Assembly (NCBI GenBank): GCA_965235115.1
Contig: OZ249443.1
Coordinates: 14,694,001-14,758,000, forward strand
Reading direction: 5' to 3'
Origin: Laetmonice hystrix
Taxonomy: Eukaryota
DNA length: 64,000 nucleotides
The notes under the pieces are model-generated. The model saw only the letters and a list, made by a program, of their open reading frames with translations. It did no database searches and was not told where the DNA came from. The first letter of the stretch is position 1; each line of letters opens with the position of its first letter. Below are positions 50,938-63,869 of the stretch, piece after piece. The position numbers were made by a program, and so were the translations under genes.

Positions 50938-53860
50938 ATGAGTAGACTAACCCGGGGGATAGGGAGGACGGGGGACGGAGGATCCTTGCGGCTACATTTA
51001 CATAGCGCCCAGCTGCATCAGCAGGCGCTGACAGAGACGGGTTTTAACGCAAGAACCCCCGGAGATGACACACTATCCAAGCCGGGAAATTCCACCCAAC
51101 AACCAGGTTTGGGGGGACAACCAGATTTATGTGCCTTTTTTTAATACAGCCGGCGGGTGAACGAGAGGGCGTTCGGTTCCGCGAACGCAATAACCAGTTT
51201 TCCTATATATCACACAGGGAGCCTCCGGGGGCACACGTCGCCGCAGTTATAAATACCAGTCTCGTTTGGTTTTTAAACACATAGGTTGTTGTTATTCAAA
51301 TGGACCAATTATTGAAAAAAAATTAAGGACAGAATTATTCATGTAATTAGCCATGTACATGTTAACAGTCGGAGTTAACAGTCTGAGTATGCCACTGTAA
51401 TTTTTTATGTACGTATACAAATTCCTGCAAGGATTTGCGCACATCTTTTTCTGATGTTTCCCTTCTTTACAAACATATCCTCTTTTTCCAATCCGCTCTC
51501 CCCATCCTTTATACAGGACATCATTTGGGCCCACAAAGTATGAAGGGGTGGTAATAACCTTATAACTATCCTGCCTGGTGTGACTGGATTTTCATGATAT
51601 TTATATCACATGCGTTAATAAGCAGGCAAGCACCTCCTTGCCCTCAGCATGCCCAACACGGGTCTCATTAATCTTAATGTTCATGCTCGGACGGGTAATA
51701 CCTACTTGAGCTAACAATGAGAATGCTTGCTTTCCCAAGCCAAGAACCCCTGTCTTACACCCCCATCAGCTGGTACTAATTGTTGCTCTCTCCTCTCAAC
51801 CCTGCAAGTTGACATCGACTGGGACCAACTCCAGCTGCCTCTTGGGTTTCTCCCTAAAAGCACACCGCCTTCCCTTTCAACTTTCTGACCTTGCTTTGTA
51901 AGCAGAAACCACAGAGGCACGCAGTTCATTCCTGGAGAAGCCAGGTCTTATTGTCCGTGTTAAACTTGTGCGGAGACGAGGCAGCAGACAAAAGATGACA
52001 ACTGTATTCTGGCTGGGTCGACCTGAGCGGAGGTGTCAGGTCGGACGGGCAGGAGATGTCAAACATTGATTCACATACGTTCACTCAAACTGATCCCGGG
52101 AGCATCTGCCTGTCGTGTCATCTCTGGCCTCGTCTCAACGGGACCAACCTCCATAGCCACGTCCTGAACCAAACTGTTAAACGCGCCTTTTGTTGGGGTT
52201 TCCTGACGAGCCCAAATTTCTTTGACGTCCCTCGCCGCAAGAGCGACGAGCCTCAGTGAAGCGAATAAAACTGCCAAGCGCCCTGACAGTGATGGACTGA
52301 CAATGGTATTAATGAGCAATCGATCAATTCAAAATCGGAACCGTCTCCTAATTCAGTTACTGCCGTGCTCTCGCAACAACCTGGTGATTAAATTAATTAC
52401 AAATCTGTTGTCGAGGACTTGCAGGCATCTCTTCGTCCCATCCTTTTGTTCTGTCCCTCAGGACAATGAGGGTTGTTCTCACAGAAAACCTGGTCCATCT
52501 GAAATCCGATTTGTAGTGTGTGGAAACAATGGCCCGTAGGCAGGGCTGGAGTTACAGAACTAATTTATCATTCACAAACTAGAATTGTCTGTTTGTGCCT
52601 ATATAGGAAACCAAAACATTAGTGTTTTCTGTAAGTAAAGTATTCACAAGTCACCTCAGCCGCGCATGTCTTGTTTTATTTGGTCTAACTATACTAGCAA
52701 TCCGGAGGGCCCATCTAACATGTTACCCAATTCAGGGTTCGATTTCAACAGGAGGTTTCATGTTCATAAACCCACCCGGTTGAGTCCGACAATTCCCATT
52801 GTAAACCTGACAACCGAGCCTGACAGGCAAAGCTTACCGACATTAGCTTTCAAAAATTAGATGCTTTTTAATATAAAAGGACGTGAATGCATGCCTAGGC
52901 GACAATTACCTTTTCCCCTCGAGTTCATCAACGGTATTCAATCTGTTGTGGAGTGCTGTATTGTTTAACGTTGTAAGAGAAAGCAATTGTCGCTAAGCTT
53001 GACGACCCAGTCTATGATGGAACAGACGTGTGCATGTCACCTTGTCATTTCCTGTGCCGAGCGGTCGCGTGGTGTTCCTCCCTCCCAATTATCGCCACAA
53101 CAGGTGTGTTCTAACTCCGCTACCGTCAATTATTTTCACTGATGACCTGCAGGAAAAACTCACCTGGCCTGCAGACTTTGCCCCCGCCATGCCACCACAA
53201 CCACCGCCCTAGGCCCCACAGGCCACGTTCCTCTCATTAACTCGCCCTTTACCCCATGTTCCTGATTTACAGTTTTAGTAATACCCTCACAGAAGGCCTC
53301 CACAGTCTCTGTGATCAACCTCCAAGTCCCGGCTACTCTTTATTTTTTGCTGGCTGGGTATTTTCTTTGTAGACATTGGGAATATATTGCCCATTCCGAC
53401 CATACGGTAACCCTTTCATACCTGGCCGTTGTCACTTAGGTCCGGGGCCACATGGTGGGTCTACAGCTGAAAAACTGTAATTTTCCGGGGCGCAGCCAGA
53501 AGTTCTGGTCCATTGTTCGCCCAATTAGAATTCCATATAGCCTGACTAACTCACATAATATTCCTTATTTCTGAAAGAATATCTGTATTGTCTGGAGGTC
53601 CCTTCAAATTTCTTCCGGGTGTTTTGAAAAAAGCTCATTGCAGGCTCGAGGCCTATACAATTATAGGAATAAAATAGTTTGTGAATTATAGCGACTAGCC
53701 ACGACAACAACAACGGACATTTAAACTTTGCAAGGACCTTTGATAATAATATATTATACTGGTGTTAATTATTGTGTATCTAACTCATTTGTTAGATTTA
53801 ATTCTCTGATTAATATACAATATTATTGTGGGTAAATGACGTGGTCATGTTGTCTATCGG

Positions 53861-53948
53861 TCTGTCTCTCTCCCTCCCTCTCTCTACCTATCTCTCGCTC
53901 TCTGTCTCTGTCTCTGTCTGTCTCTCTGTCTCTCTGTCTCTCTCTCTC
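53861..53948. repeat. Imperfect (TC)n/(TCTCTG)n pyrimidine-rich microsatellite
   Basis: Direct reading. Confidence 0.92.
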
Positions 53949-55982
53949 AATAATGTCGTGAAAGAATTCCCATTCATTTTCCACATAGATATTAAATTAT
54001 TTGAATTTGGCCTTCCTCACTTTGGAACGACTGAAAACGACCTCTCCACTCGAGTTTTATACTTGACATCACCCAACTTCATGCAACATTTCACAAAATG
54101 TGATGAGGTCATGACCCGCGAATCACAATACTCTACAACAAGATCTACAAAAACGATAACCATGGGGACGAAGTTGTGAAAACACACTTTAGAGATAATC
54201 TCAACAGTGGTATTAGGAACTAATATTGAGCACAATTTGCTGCTGTCATGGAAACTGCCTCAAGGCAAGCGACAATATACCGGAACAATCCCCGGACGAT
54301 TTTGGCTTAACCCACGCATGGTTAAACACAACGATGGAAGGTCACATGGTTATCATGGCGAAGGGTCCGGTGATAGAAGTGGTCATGACACAGTTGACAA
54401 AGGTCAGAACCATTTATTCTCCCCTTATTATGTGGCCAAAATAACGTCCACTCCAAACCCAAGGACATGCCACAATACGGTACAGGCAAGCATTCACGTG
54501 GTCACAGCTAAAAGCCTCGATATGAAAAACCCACATATCATCTGCCCGTCTCGTGCACCAGGGCGATCGTTCTGACCTTCACCTTTACGGGTTAGCGTGG
54601 TAACAATGACCACCACAATATGGCGTCTTTCGTGTGACGTGAGCTGTCATTGTGAAAACAAACACATATTTCATGGACCTATACAGACTATCCCCCCTCA
54701 TCGTTGTATTTCACGAGTGTTAATTAACAGAGTTGACCATTGCCACTGACCGTTCCCTCACCCGGACGTCAGGGCCAGGTTTTTATTGAAAACTTTTATA
54801 TGTGTAGGCCTGCTGTGATAAGAATTGCCAATCCCATCTATTTCAATTCACTATAGGTATCATGCAATCCGCGATCCTTGCTTAATACAAAGTTTGAAAT
54901 TTATTATTACGAGGCCTTTCCCGTGGGGCGCATTTGGGGGGGGGTGTTGTTTTTTGTTTGGGGGATTTTTAGTGTGTTTTTCTTGCTCTTTAAGTTAACG
55001 AGGTGGGAATTATATCAACTATAGTGACACCGGGAAATTAACGGGTACGCTTTTGTCGGATTTTTATGCTTCAATTTTAGACGACAATATTTCAACATGC
55101 ATGCTTAAAACTTAGTATTTGCTATTATCAGAGCGGCGAACGGTTTGACAACGACGTAATTACCATGAAAACGCCAGGGGCCTCAACTTAACGATCATTG
55201 GTTTAATTTGGTTGAAGGTCTCTGACTGTATGGAAGTATACTTGATGAAACCTTCAGGCCTGCTTATGAAATGATATCATTGCTTTCAAGACTGCTCCGA
55301 GGTGCTAAGCCATAAAGACCTTCAACTCATAATGAACACATCTTCACTGCTGCTATGATTTATCGCATAAATTTGAAAATCCTACATTGATATGGATGAT
55401 ATTGAATATTTTCATAAAGTTTCATAGTTTCATAAAGTAAAACACTGAAACTGAAAAGGTTTATAGTGAACCTTACACATGAATATTTACTTTCGCATTT
55501 CTAGAGTATTAGAAAAGACTCGACGTTATCCCATATAGATTTTATTTGCATGATACAAAGGTACGTTACAATGTAATCGAATAAAACACCTGCCTTCCCT
55601 TAAGGACATTAGGCTCCAACCACTAAAATTGCTCCCAGGGAATATGCGTGGTTTTTCTTACAAGAGGAGACATTTCTTTGTCTCTGCGAATTATCGCAGA
55701 ATAATCCTTTTTTTAAAGTAAATCAATTTCATATTGAGAGTCATCTGGAAAGACTGCCGTCTCCAACAGTGAGTCGTTATACCATGGAAATAATGAGTTG
55801 GACACGGTGATATGTCAGTGTATATGTGCGAGGGGTCATCGGACTGGACACAGAAACTGTCCAATCACCAAAGGCTCCACGACCCCCCACGCAACTTTCC
55901 CCTTATTTAGGCACTGTCACGGTAAATAAACCCCCTGTAGATACGTATACAAATCAGGGTTGTCTGAGCATGATCAGGCCTC

Positions 55983-56064
55983 GGGGGAAGGGGTGGGGAA
56001 TGGGGGTGGGGGGTTGGGGTGGGTGGTCAGAGTGTATGTGGGGGTGGTGGCGGGGGGGGGGGGG
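55983..56064 (+). other. G-rich tract, G-quadruplex-capable, ending in G13
   Basis: Eight or more runs of at least 3 G with short spacers. Confidence 0.7.
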
Positions 56065-57107
56065 CATGAGCGCATCCTCTGGGGGAACAGACATGTTTCC
56101 CCAGAACCATTTTGGTAATAACGAATTACAATAATAAACGGACACAGACTAATAAACGCGTCTTATATGTACCCTATCCATTCATATACATTTGTATATT
56201 ATAAGGATACATAGATAAGTTTCAGTTTAGGTAAATGCATATCTTTCATGGAGTTATGATTCACGAATTACAACATTTCATCTGCCAGATATTAATCATC
56301 ACAATGATCACTAACAAAACATCTGTCAGGAAAATCAAAATGAACCGTGTCCATGACGTTTTAGAAACTAAATCCTGCTAAAGAACAAAGCCCTAAAACA
56401 GTTACAACTGGCTTTCGTTTGTCTGAAAGGGACAGTGCAGTCACATCTGCCTCAAGGTCACACTTCGCCAAGCGACTAAGGGGTCAGAGTTCGGCAAAGG
56501 TCACCAAGTTAGCCACAGGCACTTGTCCCATTTTTTCCCGGTCATTTGTATGCCACAAGCCATGATGAATATACCTAGCAGGTAAAGGTGCTAGGTAGAA
56601 GAGATGGAAACAATACCCACATTTTAATGCTGAATATTTCATGGAACAAAAGTTTTTTTAATAGCACACCTTAATGACAGATTTATAGGGATGCAGTCCG
56701 TTTAATGGCGACATTTTTACCGAAACATGAAAAGAAAAACGAGGCAGCGTACCTCTTGTGTTCTCCTCACTCTTTGAAAAGGAAACAGAACTTGGTGTTC
56801 AATGGCGACCTTATAATGCTCTATTTGACCTCTGAATGTGTCTCATTGAGTGAACCGAGCCGAGTGACCACGCCACTGTATATGCACACATGTCTAGCTG
56901 AGCCCCACCTGGAAGTATGCTGCAGGGCAGATAAGCCCTGCTTCGACACTTTTCTTTCTGCTGAAGTAGCTAATTACACTCTTCTTTTTACTTCAAATAT
57001 GGTTATTTGCGCTGGTTGATTGCTTGGTTGACACCTCTCTGTATAAAAAGGATGAACCGATTTAAAATCACATCAGCCACCAGGAAACGTGTACCGAGGA
57101 TATTTTC

Positions 57108-57201
57108 TTATAACAGTAATGATAACATTTCACCAAGACCTTTGAAAGTTTCAGAAAGACTTTTGAAAGGTTCAGCAAGAGCTTTTGACAACACTGTATT
57201 A
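57108..57201 (-). CDS. Weak candidate exon with a three-fold 7-aa periodicity
   Basis: Minus-strand acceptor atttttcatttctgttacccAG; frame NTV-LSKALAE-PFKSLSE-TFKGLGE-MLSLLL-stop. Confidence 0.15.
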
Positions 57202-58827
57202 CTGGGTAACAGAAATGAAAAATATTTCCCATTTTCATGCAACATTTGTACATGAGTTGCATCCATCAATATTTCCAACTTATATTTCAACTTTCTTGTC
57301 GACGAGGCAAACAAAAGGTAGGAGTAAATGATAATCACTATTTCCAATTTGTATAGACTCTTTGAATTCAAAGTTGAATCGCTCGAAGATGCACTCCTGT
57401 CATGCAATCTGCGCCTTTTCCCATACTCAACCGCCATTCCTATATCTTTGCATCATTTTCCAAAAAGAGGAATTTCCGAAATTTAAAATTACACTATTGT
57501 CATAAAAAATAATGTCCTGTAGTCCAATTAAGCTGGCTTTGGAATGGTAGTTGTTGCTTGGGAACAATAGCAGTCAGCTAGGAGAGTACCACAGACCTCT
57601 GACTACCAAAACTGGCTACAAACGTAGGCGGCCAACCAATTACCCAATTATCGCATCCCGTCAAAGAGCCCTAGAGCGCTGATAATATGATAATTAAATA
57701 CAATTTTTCTGGGCTCTTATTTCTTATAATAATGTAATAACTACCGTCCGTTTATGACCCTAACAACGCTGTGGGGAACGTTATAGCTCCAATTACAAAC
57801 CATAAATAGCCTGTAATATTCACCTTTCTCCAGGAGAATGTTCCACCTTCCCGCACTGAGATTTAGCGGCTACCCCCCCCCCCCCACAAAAAAAAAACAC
57901 CCCAAAAAATAGAAAGCCTCGCTTGATAATTTCAATGATCTCCTCAGCAAACGCCGCTTTCATTTTACTTTTTTTTATATATATTATAGATATTTTTTTC
58001 TATCTCTCCTGTCATGTTTTGACTGGTAAGAGACCTTGTAAGAACAGATGCATGTGTAATAATGAGTGAGTATTTGACAGGTGGATGGTCTTTGAAGAGA
58101 CAAAATAGTGATAAGTTATTAGTTACTACAGATTTACTTGAATGGTTAGCCAAAATAGGATTTGGGTTTGAGTTTCTCACCTCAGAAAGAGCTAAAAAGA
58201 CGGTGAGTTCTACGGGTGGAATGAACCGTGGTACCCGGCAAAACAATGCACCTGCAACAAGTCATTGACAATCCCCCTCCCTCTTATTACGATTATCGCC
58301 CAAAACATAATTTCAAAACAAAATGGTTTAGCATATAGCTCAGGGCCAGCACCTGCCCAGAGGTAATTGCTTACGACATATCTTAAATACACTTCTTATG
58401 CACGTTGTTATACATCAACTTGCTCTACATGGTAAACACAGCGACCTTTGGACCCATCTCATAAAATCAAACTACAAAATTATAGCCAGAAGGCGTTTAA
58501 TATGGTAAATATCGACTTCGCCCCGGTGTGCAGAATTTTAAAGAATGTCTAGGTTCACTTTATTTGTTCACTTTATTACGTCGGTGTCCATATCTTTTCT
58601 GTGGATAAGTACAATTTCTATCTCATGGCCAAACAATGTAGATTTCTAGGCTTTCTAAATCAATCTGATAGCTACGATGAGGACAATATATTAAAGATGT
58701 AATTGGTTATACGTCATGTGTTTATTTAAGTCATGTTGTATGGTATCTGATTAACGATAAAAGTATCAACCAAACGATAAACTGCCCAGATCCTGTCGGA
58801 CGGTCTGTCGCTGTTAGTCGACTGTCG

Positions 58828-58841
58828 GCCCCCTGGCGGCC
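58828..58841 (-). promoter_or_regulatory. CTCF-like motif
   Basis: Minus strand GGCCGCCAGGGGGC; 12/13 to the core. Confidence 0.5.
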
Positions 58842-58880
58842 AGAGGCTGACCTACCACCTCTGATTGGCACTCTGGGGAT

Positions 58881-58996
58881 AAGAGAGTGAGAGAGAGAAA
58901 TAGAGAGAGAGAAATAGAGAGAGAAGCTCGCTCTCTATCCCTCCCTTCCCTCTCTGCCTCCCTCCCGTCCCTCTCTCTGTCTCTGTCTCTCTTTCC
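58881..58996. repeat. GA-rich tract immediately followed by a TC-rich tract
   Basis: Purine-rich 58881-58926, pyrimidine-rich 58927-58996, switching at aAGCTc. Confidence 0.9.
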
Positions 58997-59064
58997 ATAA
59001 TACAACATGTAGTTCTATTTCGCATAGTGGGACCTACAACTTTCTTTGCTAGTTCCTCGCTAAA

Positions 59065-59079
59065 TCGCCAGGTGGCAGT
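59065..59079 (+). promoter_or_regulatory. CTCF-like motif
   Basis: TCGCCAGGTGGCAGT, 12/13 to the core. Confidence 0.45.
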
Positions 59080-59451
59080 GTCGGAGCACTCGCGCAACCT
59101 GACTAAATAGGTACAACTTATGTTAAAGTAGGCCTACGTTCATTTATACAACATAATGTATGATATATTAACTAACCACTACGCCAGTAATGCATTTGCT
59201 GTACAAAGAAAGTAGTCATAGAGTCTACACCAATGCGAAAAACTCCTATTGAGACATGAGGGGGAAAGTGAAATTCAGCAAAACTGAACGATAGGCCCTA
59301 TAATCTATAATCTAAGGGCCATATTGTGAATCTTGTTATGTGTTGCTATCACGTCCTGAGACAAAGACAGACTGTTGTCCTTGAGATGCCCTTGGAGGAA
59401 AATTAAACAGGGACCCCGACTAATAATTTACGCAGCCAGGTTCTGATTTTG

Positions 59452-59474
59452 CCGCGTCATAAATTATGACGCGG
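59452..59474. other. Perfect 23 bp odd palindrome (11 bp arms)
   Basis: ccgcgtcataa-a-ttatgacgcgg. Confidence 0.9.
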
Positions 59475-59791
59475 GAGTTTCTCCGCCTTCTCGCAGACTT
59501 TCCCTTTTGATTGCCGTCACCTGGCTGGAGCCCAGAAACCAAGCAAAGCGTACAATGGATTCGGCCATCCAATAATGTCATAAACACGGTCTCCCCAGGC
59601 AACCCGTTATTACCCCAACAGGACGGGGCGTTCTATGGCCGTGGGAGCTGGCCAGACCATCTCCCAATATTAAACAGTAGCGTTCCGGAAACACTACGGG
59701 ACCCCACCATGTCTGCCTTTCTAACACAACACACGACGTCAAAGTTACTGTTTGTGGCGTGTTTACTAAGGCGGGTCTTGCAGCCGTCGTC

Positions 59792-59874
59792 ATGGCGACG
59801 AAGGTGGGTTCTCCACGCCCTCTTGCCTTGTTTAATGGCCCAGCGACCAAGACAATGGGTACATGGTCCATATG
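59792..59874 (+). CDS. Candidate first coding exon, product unknown
   Basis: gtcATGG start context, open frame MATKVGSPRPLALFNGPATKTMGTWSI, consensus donor atG|GTAAGT at 59875, CpG-rich upstream. An alternative 253-nt exon from acceptor 59621 is open in another frame. Confidence 0.25.
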
Positions 59875-60835
59875 GTAAGTTATGGTAGATTTTTATTGGT
59901 CATTGTTAACCGCGCCCTTTCATGACGATTTTAACGAACCGGGGCTGATGCCACAGAAAGGGACCAACTCAAAATCTTTATGTTCAGAAGAGTGTCCTCT
60001 TAAAAATATTACAAATTTCAATTATTGCTTATCGGTCAAAACTTCAAGGCAAACTTTAGCTATCGTCAATGTAATGCAGCTGTTCAAATTGGTACTTCTC
60101 CCACCTTTCACTTGCAACCAAGGATACCTTTCAATCGTGAGTTCCCTGTCGAACTTCATTTATCATTGACCAATTAAGTGAAAACTGTCATCGACAGGCC
60201 TATAATCTTATCCTCTAACATAATCTACCGGGCACTTGATACGACACACGCGGGTATACATACAGCTGATGGTAATGAGCGACTAGCAATGGTTATCTCT
60301 TGTTAATCTACTGAGTGCGTGAGTGAGTTTGACCAAGAGTTGCCAGCCAGGAGTAGTGCATTCCTTGCATGATGTGCCATGAGGGGCACATCCTCCTCGC
60401 TCCGACATGCGACACAGTCTGGACCATCTCTGACTATCATCATAAACCATCTTATAAAGCATGTCAGTCATTAGAACACCAGGATGAACTGCTGCCAGTT
60501 TGATTGACGGCTGTCAATCATTCCTAAATCAACCAGAAGCTGGATTGGATTAAGGACCCAGATAAAGGATGTTTCGGAATGTGTTTATTTCATCTTGCGT
60601 AACGAAAGGATTTCAACTTAAAACTGAGGAGGAACTCCTGGATATTGCTGCGGCTTACGTAACAGATCCTTCAACTGCTCCAGCTAACTTCCCTGGATTG
60701 CCACGGAAACAGGCATATGTCATCTCCACAGGAGGTGATGCGTTTCAGTAACACGGACATTAAACATTTGGAGTTGGCACATTACGTAACAGATTCCCAC
60801 CAGGCAGAGACGTGAGCAGCGTGAGCCTGGAGATT

Positions 60836-60850
60836 AGCGCCACCTAGTGG
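60836..60850 (-). promoter_or_regulatory. CTCF motif, perfect core
   Basis: Minus strand CCACTAGGTGGCGCT. Confidence 0.6.
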
Positions 60851-63471
60851 ATGGTTATTGACACAGTGAGTAGTTCAGGCCAAGAGGCCTGAGGATCAAC
60901 TAGCAACAAATCAGGAATCCCCAGACATGTTACCAGGATGCTTCTCTACCTCCGGGATAGAGCCCAGGGCTTACAAAGTTACCAATGGAAAGAGGGACGT
61001 GTAACCTTTCCTTTTTCTTGTCATTGTATTTATTTGTTTCTTTTTTACATATAAAGCTACATTTTCTACATCCATTAAAGAAGCACGCTGTTGAAATGAT
61101 AAATTAAAGACACCCCGACCTGGTCAATTCATCCTAGACATGTTGAAAGACAAAGTTTTATAAGCGTCGATTCCGTACACGAGGGCGGAGATGGGAAACA
61201 ACAGTTACTGTATGATCCCCCTCCCCTGTCAAACGGACTAGGCCTACACGAGTTAAACTACTGCACCTTCTGTCCGTGAGGCTGGCCTTTTGATGGAACC
61301 GGGGTGTAAACCCGCCAACCACACCCAGTGTGTATCACAACCAATCGGCCTATCAACCGTGTGGTAAAATATAAACATTAGACCCACCCACCCGACCGTT
61401 TCTATAGGTCTCAATTACACTCTTACGATAAGGATCCTCGTTCCTATCCGTATTCACTATTCATAATCTATCAGATTACTGTGTTTTTTTTATCTTTAAC
61501 CTTTATCTATAACCAGTCAAAGGATCGTAGGACAGACATGTAATTTATCTGACAATTTACATTTCTACACGGGATAGCTAGTTTATACCTTAAGGCATCA
61601 GCCCGGAACTCGTCACGGCGCATGCGTACATACGGGTATGTAATTATCTCACCTTACCCTATAGTTAGGTTATGGTGTATGGTTCCGTACAACGAGGCGT
61701 TATATGAAAAATTATCTTATCCTGATGTGATAAAAAAAGGTTGGTGAAAATACAGAGAAGTAGTTATCAAACACTAGACATCATGATGTATAATTACTCT
61801 GTCATGGACTTTATATGTCGTGTTGCATTTCGCATCCATAGCTAAACAGCTTTCGTGTCACGTGATCCTATCTCAGCTTGGGGGTTTCTATAGAACCAGA
61901 AAACAACATCTGCTGTAAAACGTTTCCGGCGCCAGGGTTCATTTCTATCGTTGAAAAGGGTGCTCTACCATTCTAATATAACTTTAGGGTTTGTCCGCAT
62001 AATAATATTGTGTATACGACCAACAAAACTATATGATATAATTTCTATTGTGTTAAAAGTCGATACACCTGTTATACCCGAATAAACTGTTAAAATAGCG
62101 CGGATGAGAGGTTAGCCTACCCCGGGGCCAGGGTCTACAGAAGACCTGGTCAGGGGTCCTGATTTTTAAATAATTATTTTTTAATCTACAGTTATCGCTT
62201 TTGTTGACTATGTAGTTTTTCCTTCGGTTATCAGTAGCCATGAAGGCAAGGCATGCGTACAGGTCTCAGAAATATCTTATAGTTACGACGTGTAGACTAA
62301 TTGTGGGTGGTGATGTGAGGCCTACCTGCCTTAGGGATCTGAGATTAGAACCAAAACATCTTCATTGTCCCACTTTTCTCTCTCTAATATTCCAAAATAT
62401 ATGAGTTTTCAAAAAAAACTACTGTTCTTGAAATTCTAGACACCCACAAACCTTCTTGAATCACAACTATACTAAATTGCATCATAAATAATCAAACTGC
62501 AGAACTATAATATACTGTTCAAGTTTCCAGTAGATTACAGATTATATCAAAGGATATATGTGAATTTGGAGTTCTTTGTAGAAAACAGTGAATTAGGAAT
62601 CCCGTTTTGTGGAAAGACTATCCATACCTCCTAAGCTATAAGTGATTCTGTTGATCAATAGACTGGACATATTCCTCTGTGTAAATGGCTCTGGTCGACA
62701 CTCCATCTAAAGGTCATCAACAGTAACATCACCCCTTACCCTGGGGCCTCATTAAGGTTAAAATACCCACATCAATTCCTTAATTACCCCACGGAGGGCC
62801 CTGATCGCCTGGTACCCTTGTTGCTGTTATCATTTCTCAACAGATGGCGCGACGGTAAATGACCAGAGTTAAGTGTCGGGTTTATGACAGTTTGTGTTGA
62901 CTTAATATATCACTTAATACGCACTCCGGCCTCACAACACAAATTTCTTTTTCATTGCCATATTTCTTCTAATTGAAGCACCCGCTGCCAAGTTTAGGTG
63001 CTTGGTTTGGCTTGGACAATACTGTACGACATCTGTGTAATTTATCTCCTGCCGAGAGATGGTATCGGTAGGGGGTAAGTGGTTTTCTGACCTACCTTGA
63101 GTCAAAATCCTCAAATTCCAAAACAAAGTCAGGACCCGATATTTCTGTATCTATAGTGCGGAGTTTAAGACCGTAAACCCTGCAGGATTAAAGCTCATGT
63201 TGGCTCTCGGTCTATGAGATGGTATGATTTACGAATCAATGAATGATTTACCTACTTTCGTGTCCCTCACAAAAAAAAAACAAACGTTTTTATTTTACAT
63301 CCGCTATCAGTAATGGATTAGGATGTTTACATATTCGTTTCACATGCCAACATAATATTTACGCTCTTCATCCAGAGTCAAAATATACTTTTTGAGGGCA
63401 TAGAACAAAGTTTACATTGGGTAGCTAATTACATGTACTTATTTGGTCACTTTAAACGGGGCGCAGGCTAG

Positions 63472-63546
63472 GGGTCAAGCTTTGACCCGTTACTGACCAC
63501 CTGGTCAAGCCAGTGTAACACCAGACAATAGTGACCACTGGTCACT
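63472..63546. promoter_or_regulatory. Three GGTCA/TGACC-based palindromes
   Basis: gggtcaa-gct-ttgaccc (63472-63488), tgacca-cc-tggtca (63494-63507), agtgacca-c-tggtcact (63530-63546). Confidence 0.4.
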
Positions 63547-63869
63547 CTGGAGTGGACAATGAAGCACCCATGCATGGCCAGGTGCGAGATTCATTGCACT
63601 GTTGTAAATTTTTTGTGTGATAAGAAAAAATATTCTTAAACAATTATGACAACAATGAGAGCCAAAACAATGTTTGAATACACTGATCTCGATTCAATCA
63701 AGCTTAGAGTTTCCGGTTGAGTGACTCGGGCACGGCCCCACTAGGGTGTGACCTTTGAGGTTAAAACGGGTAGATCTGGTCCCTGATGACCAGGCACGCG
63801 TCTCTTCTATACCGGTAAATCTACCAGTGATATATCACGTCCGTTTTTATAACTTAGTACATCTAATGA

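Noticed and set aside
52071-52319. Protein-like minus-strand ORF (LVALAARDVKEIWARQ...) as an exon
   Set aside because: The donor is plausible, but the acceptor is poor (GAG) and there is no recognisable homology.
52720-52760. tRNA/SINE B-box (GGTTCGATTTC)
   Set aside because: No A-box at a suitable distance and no cloverleaf.
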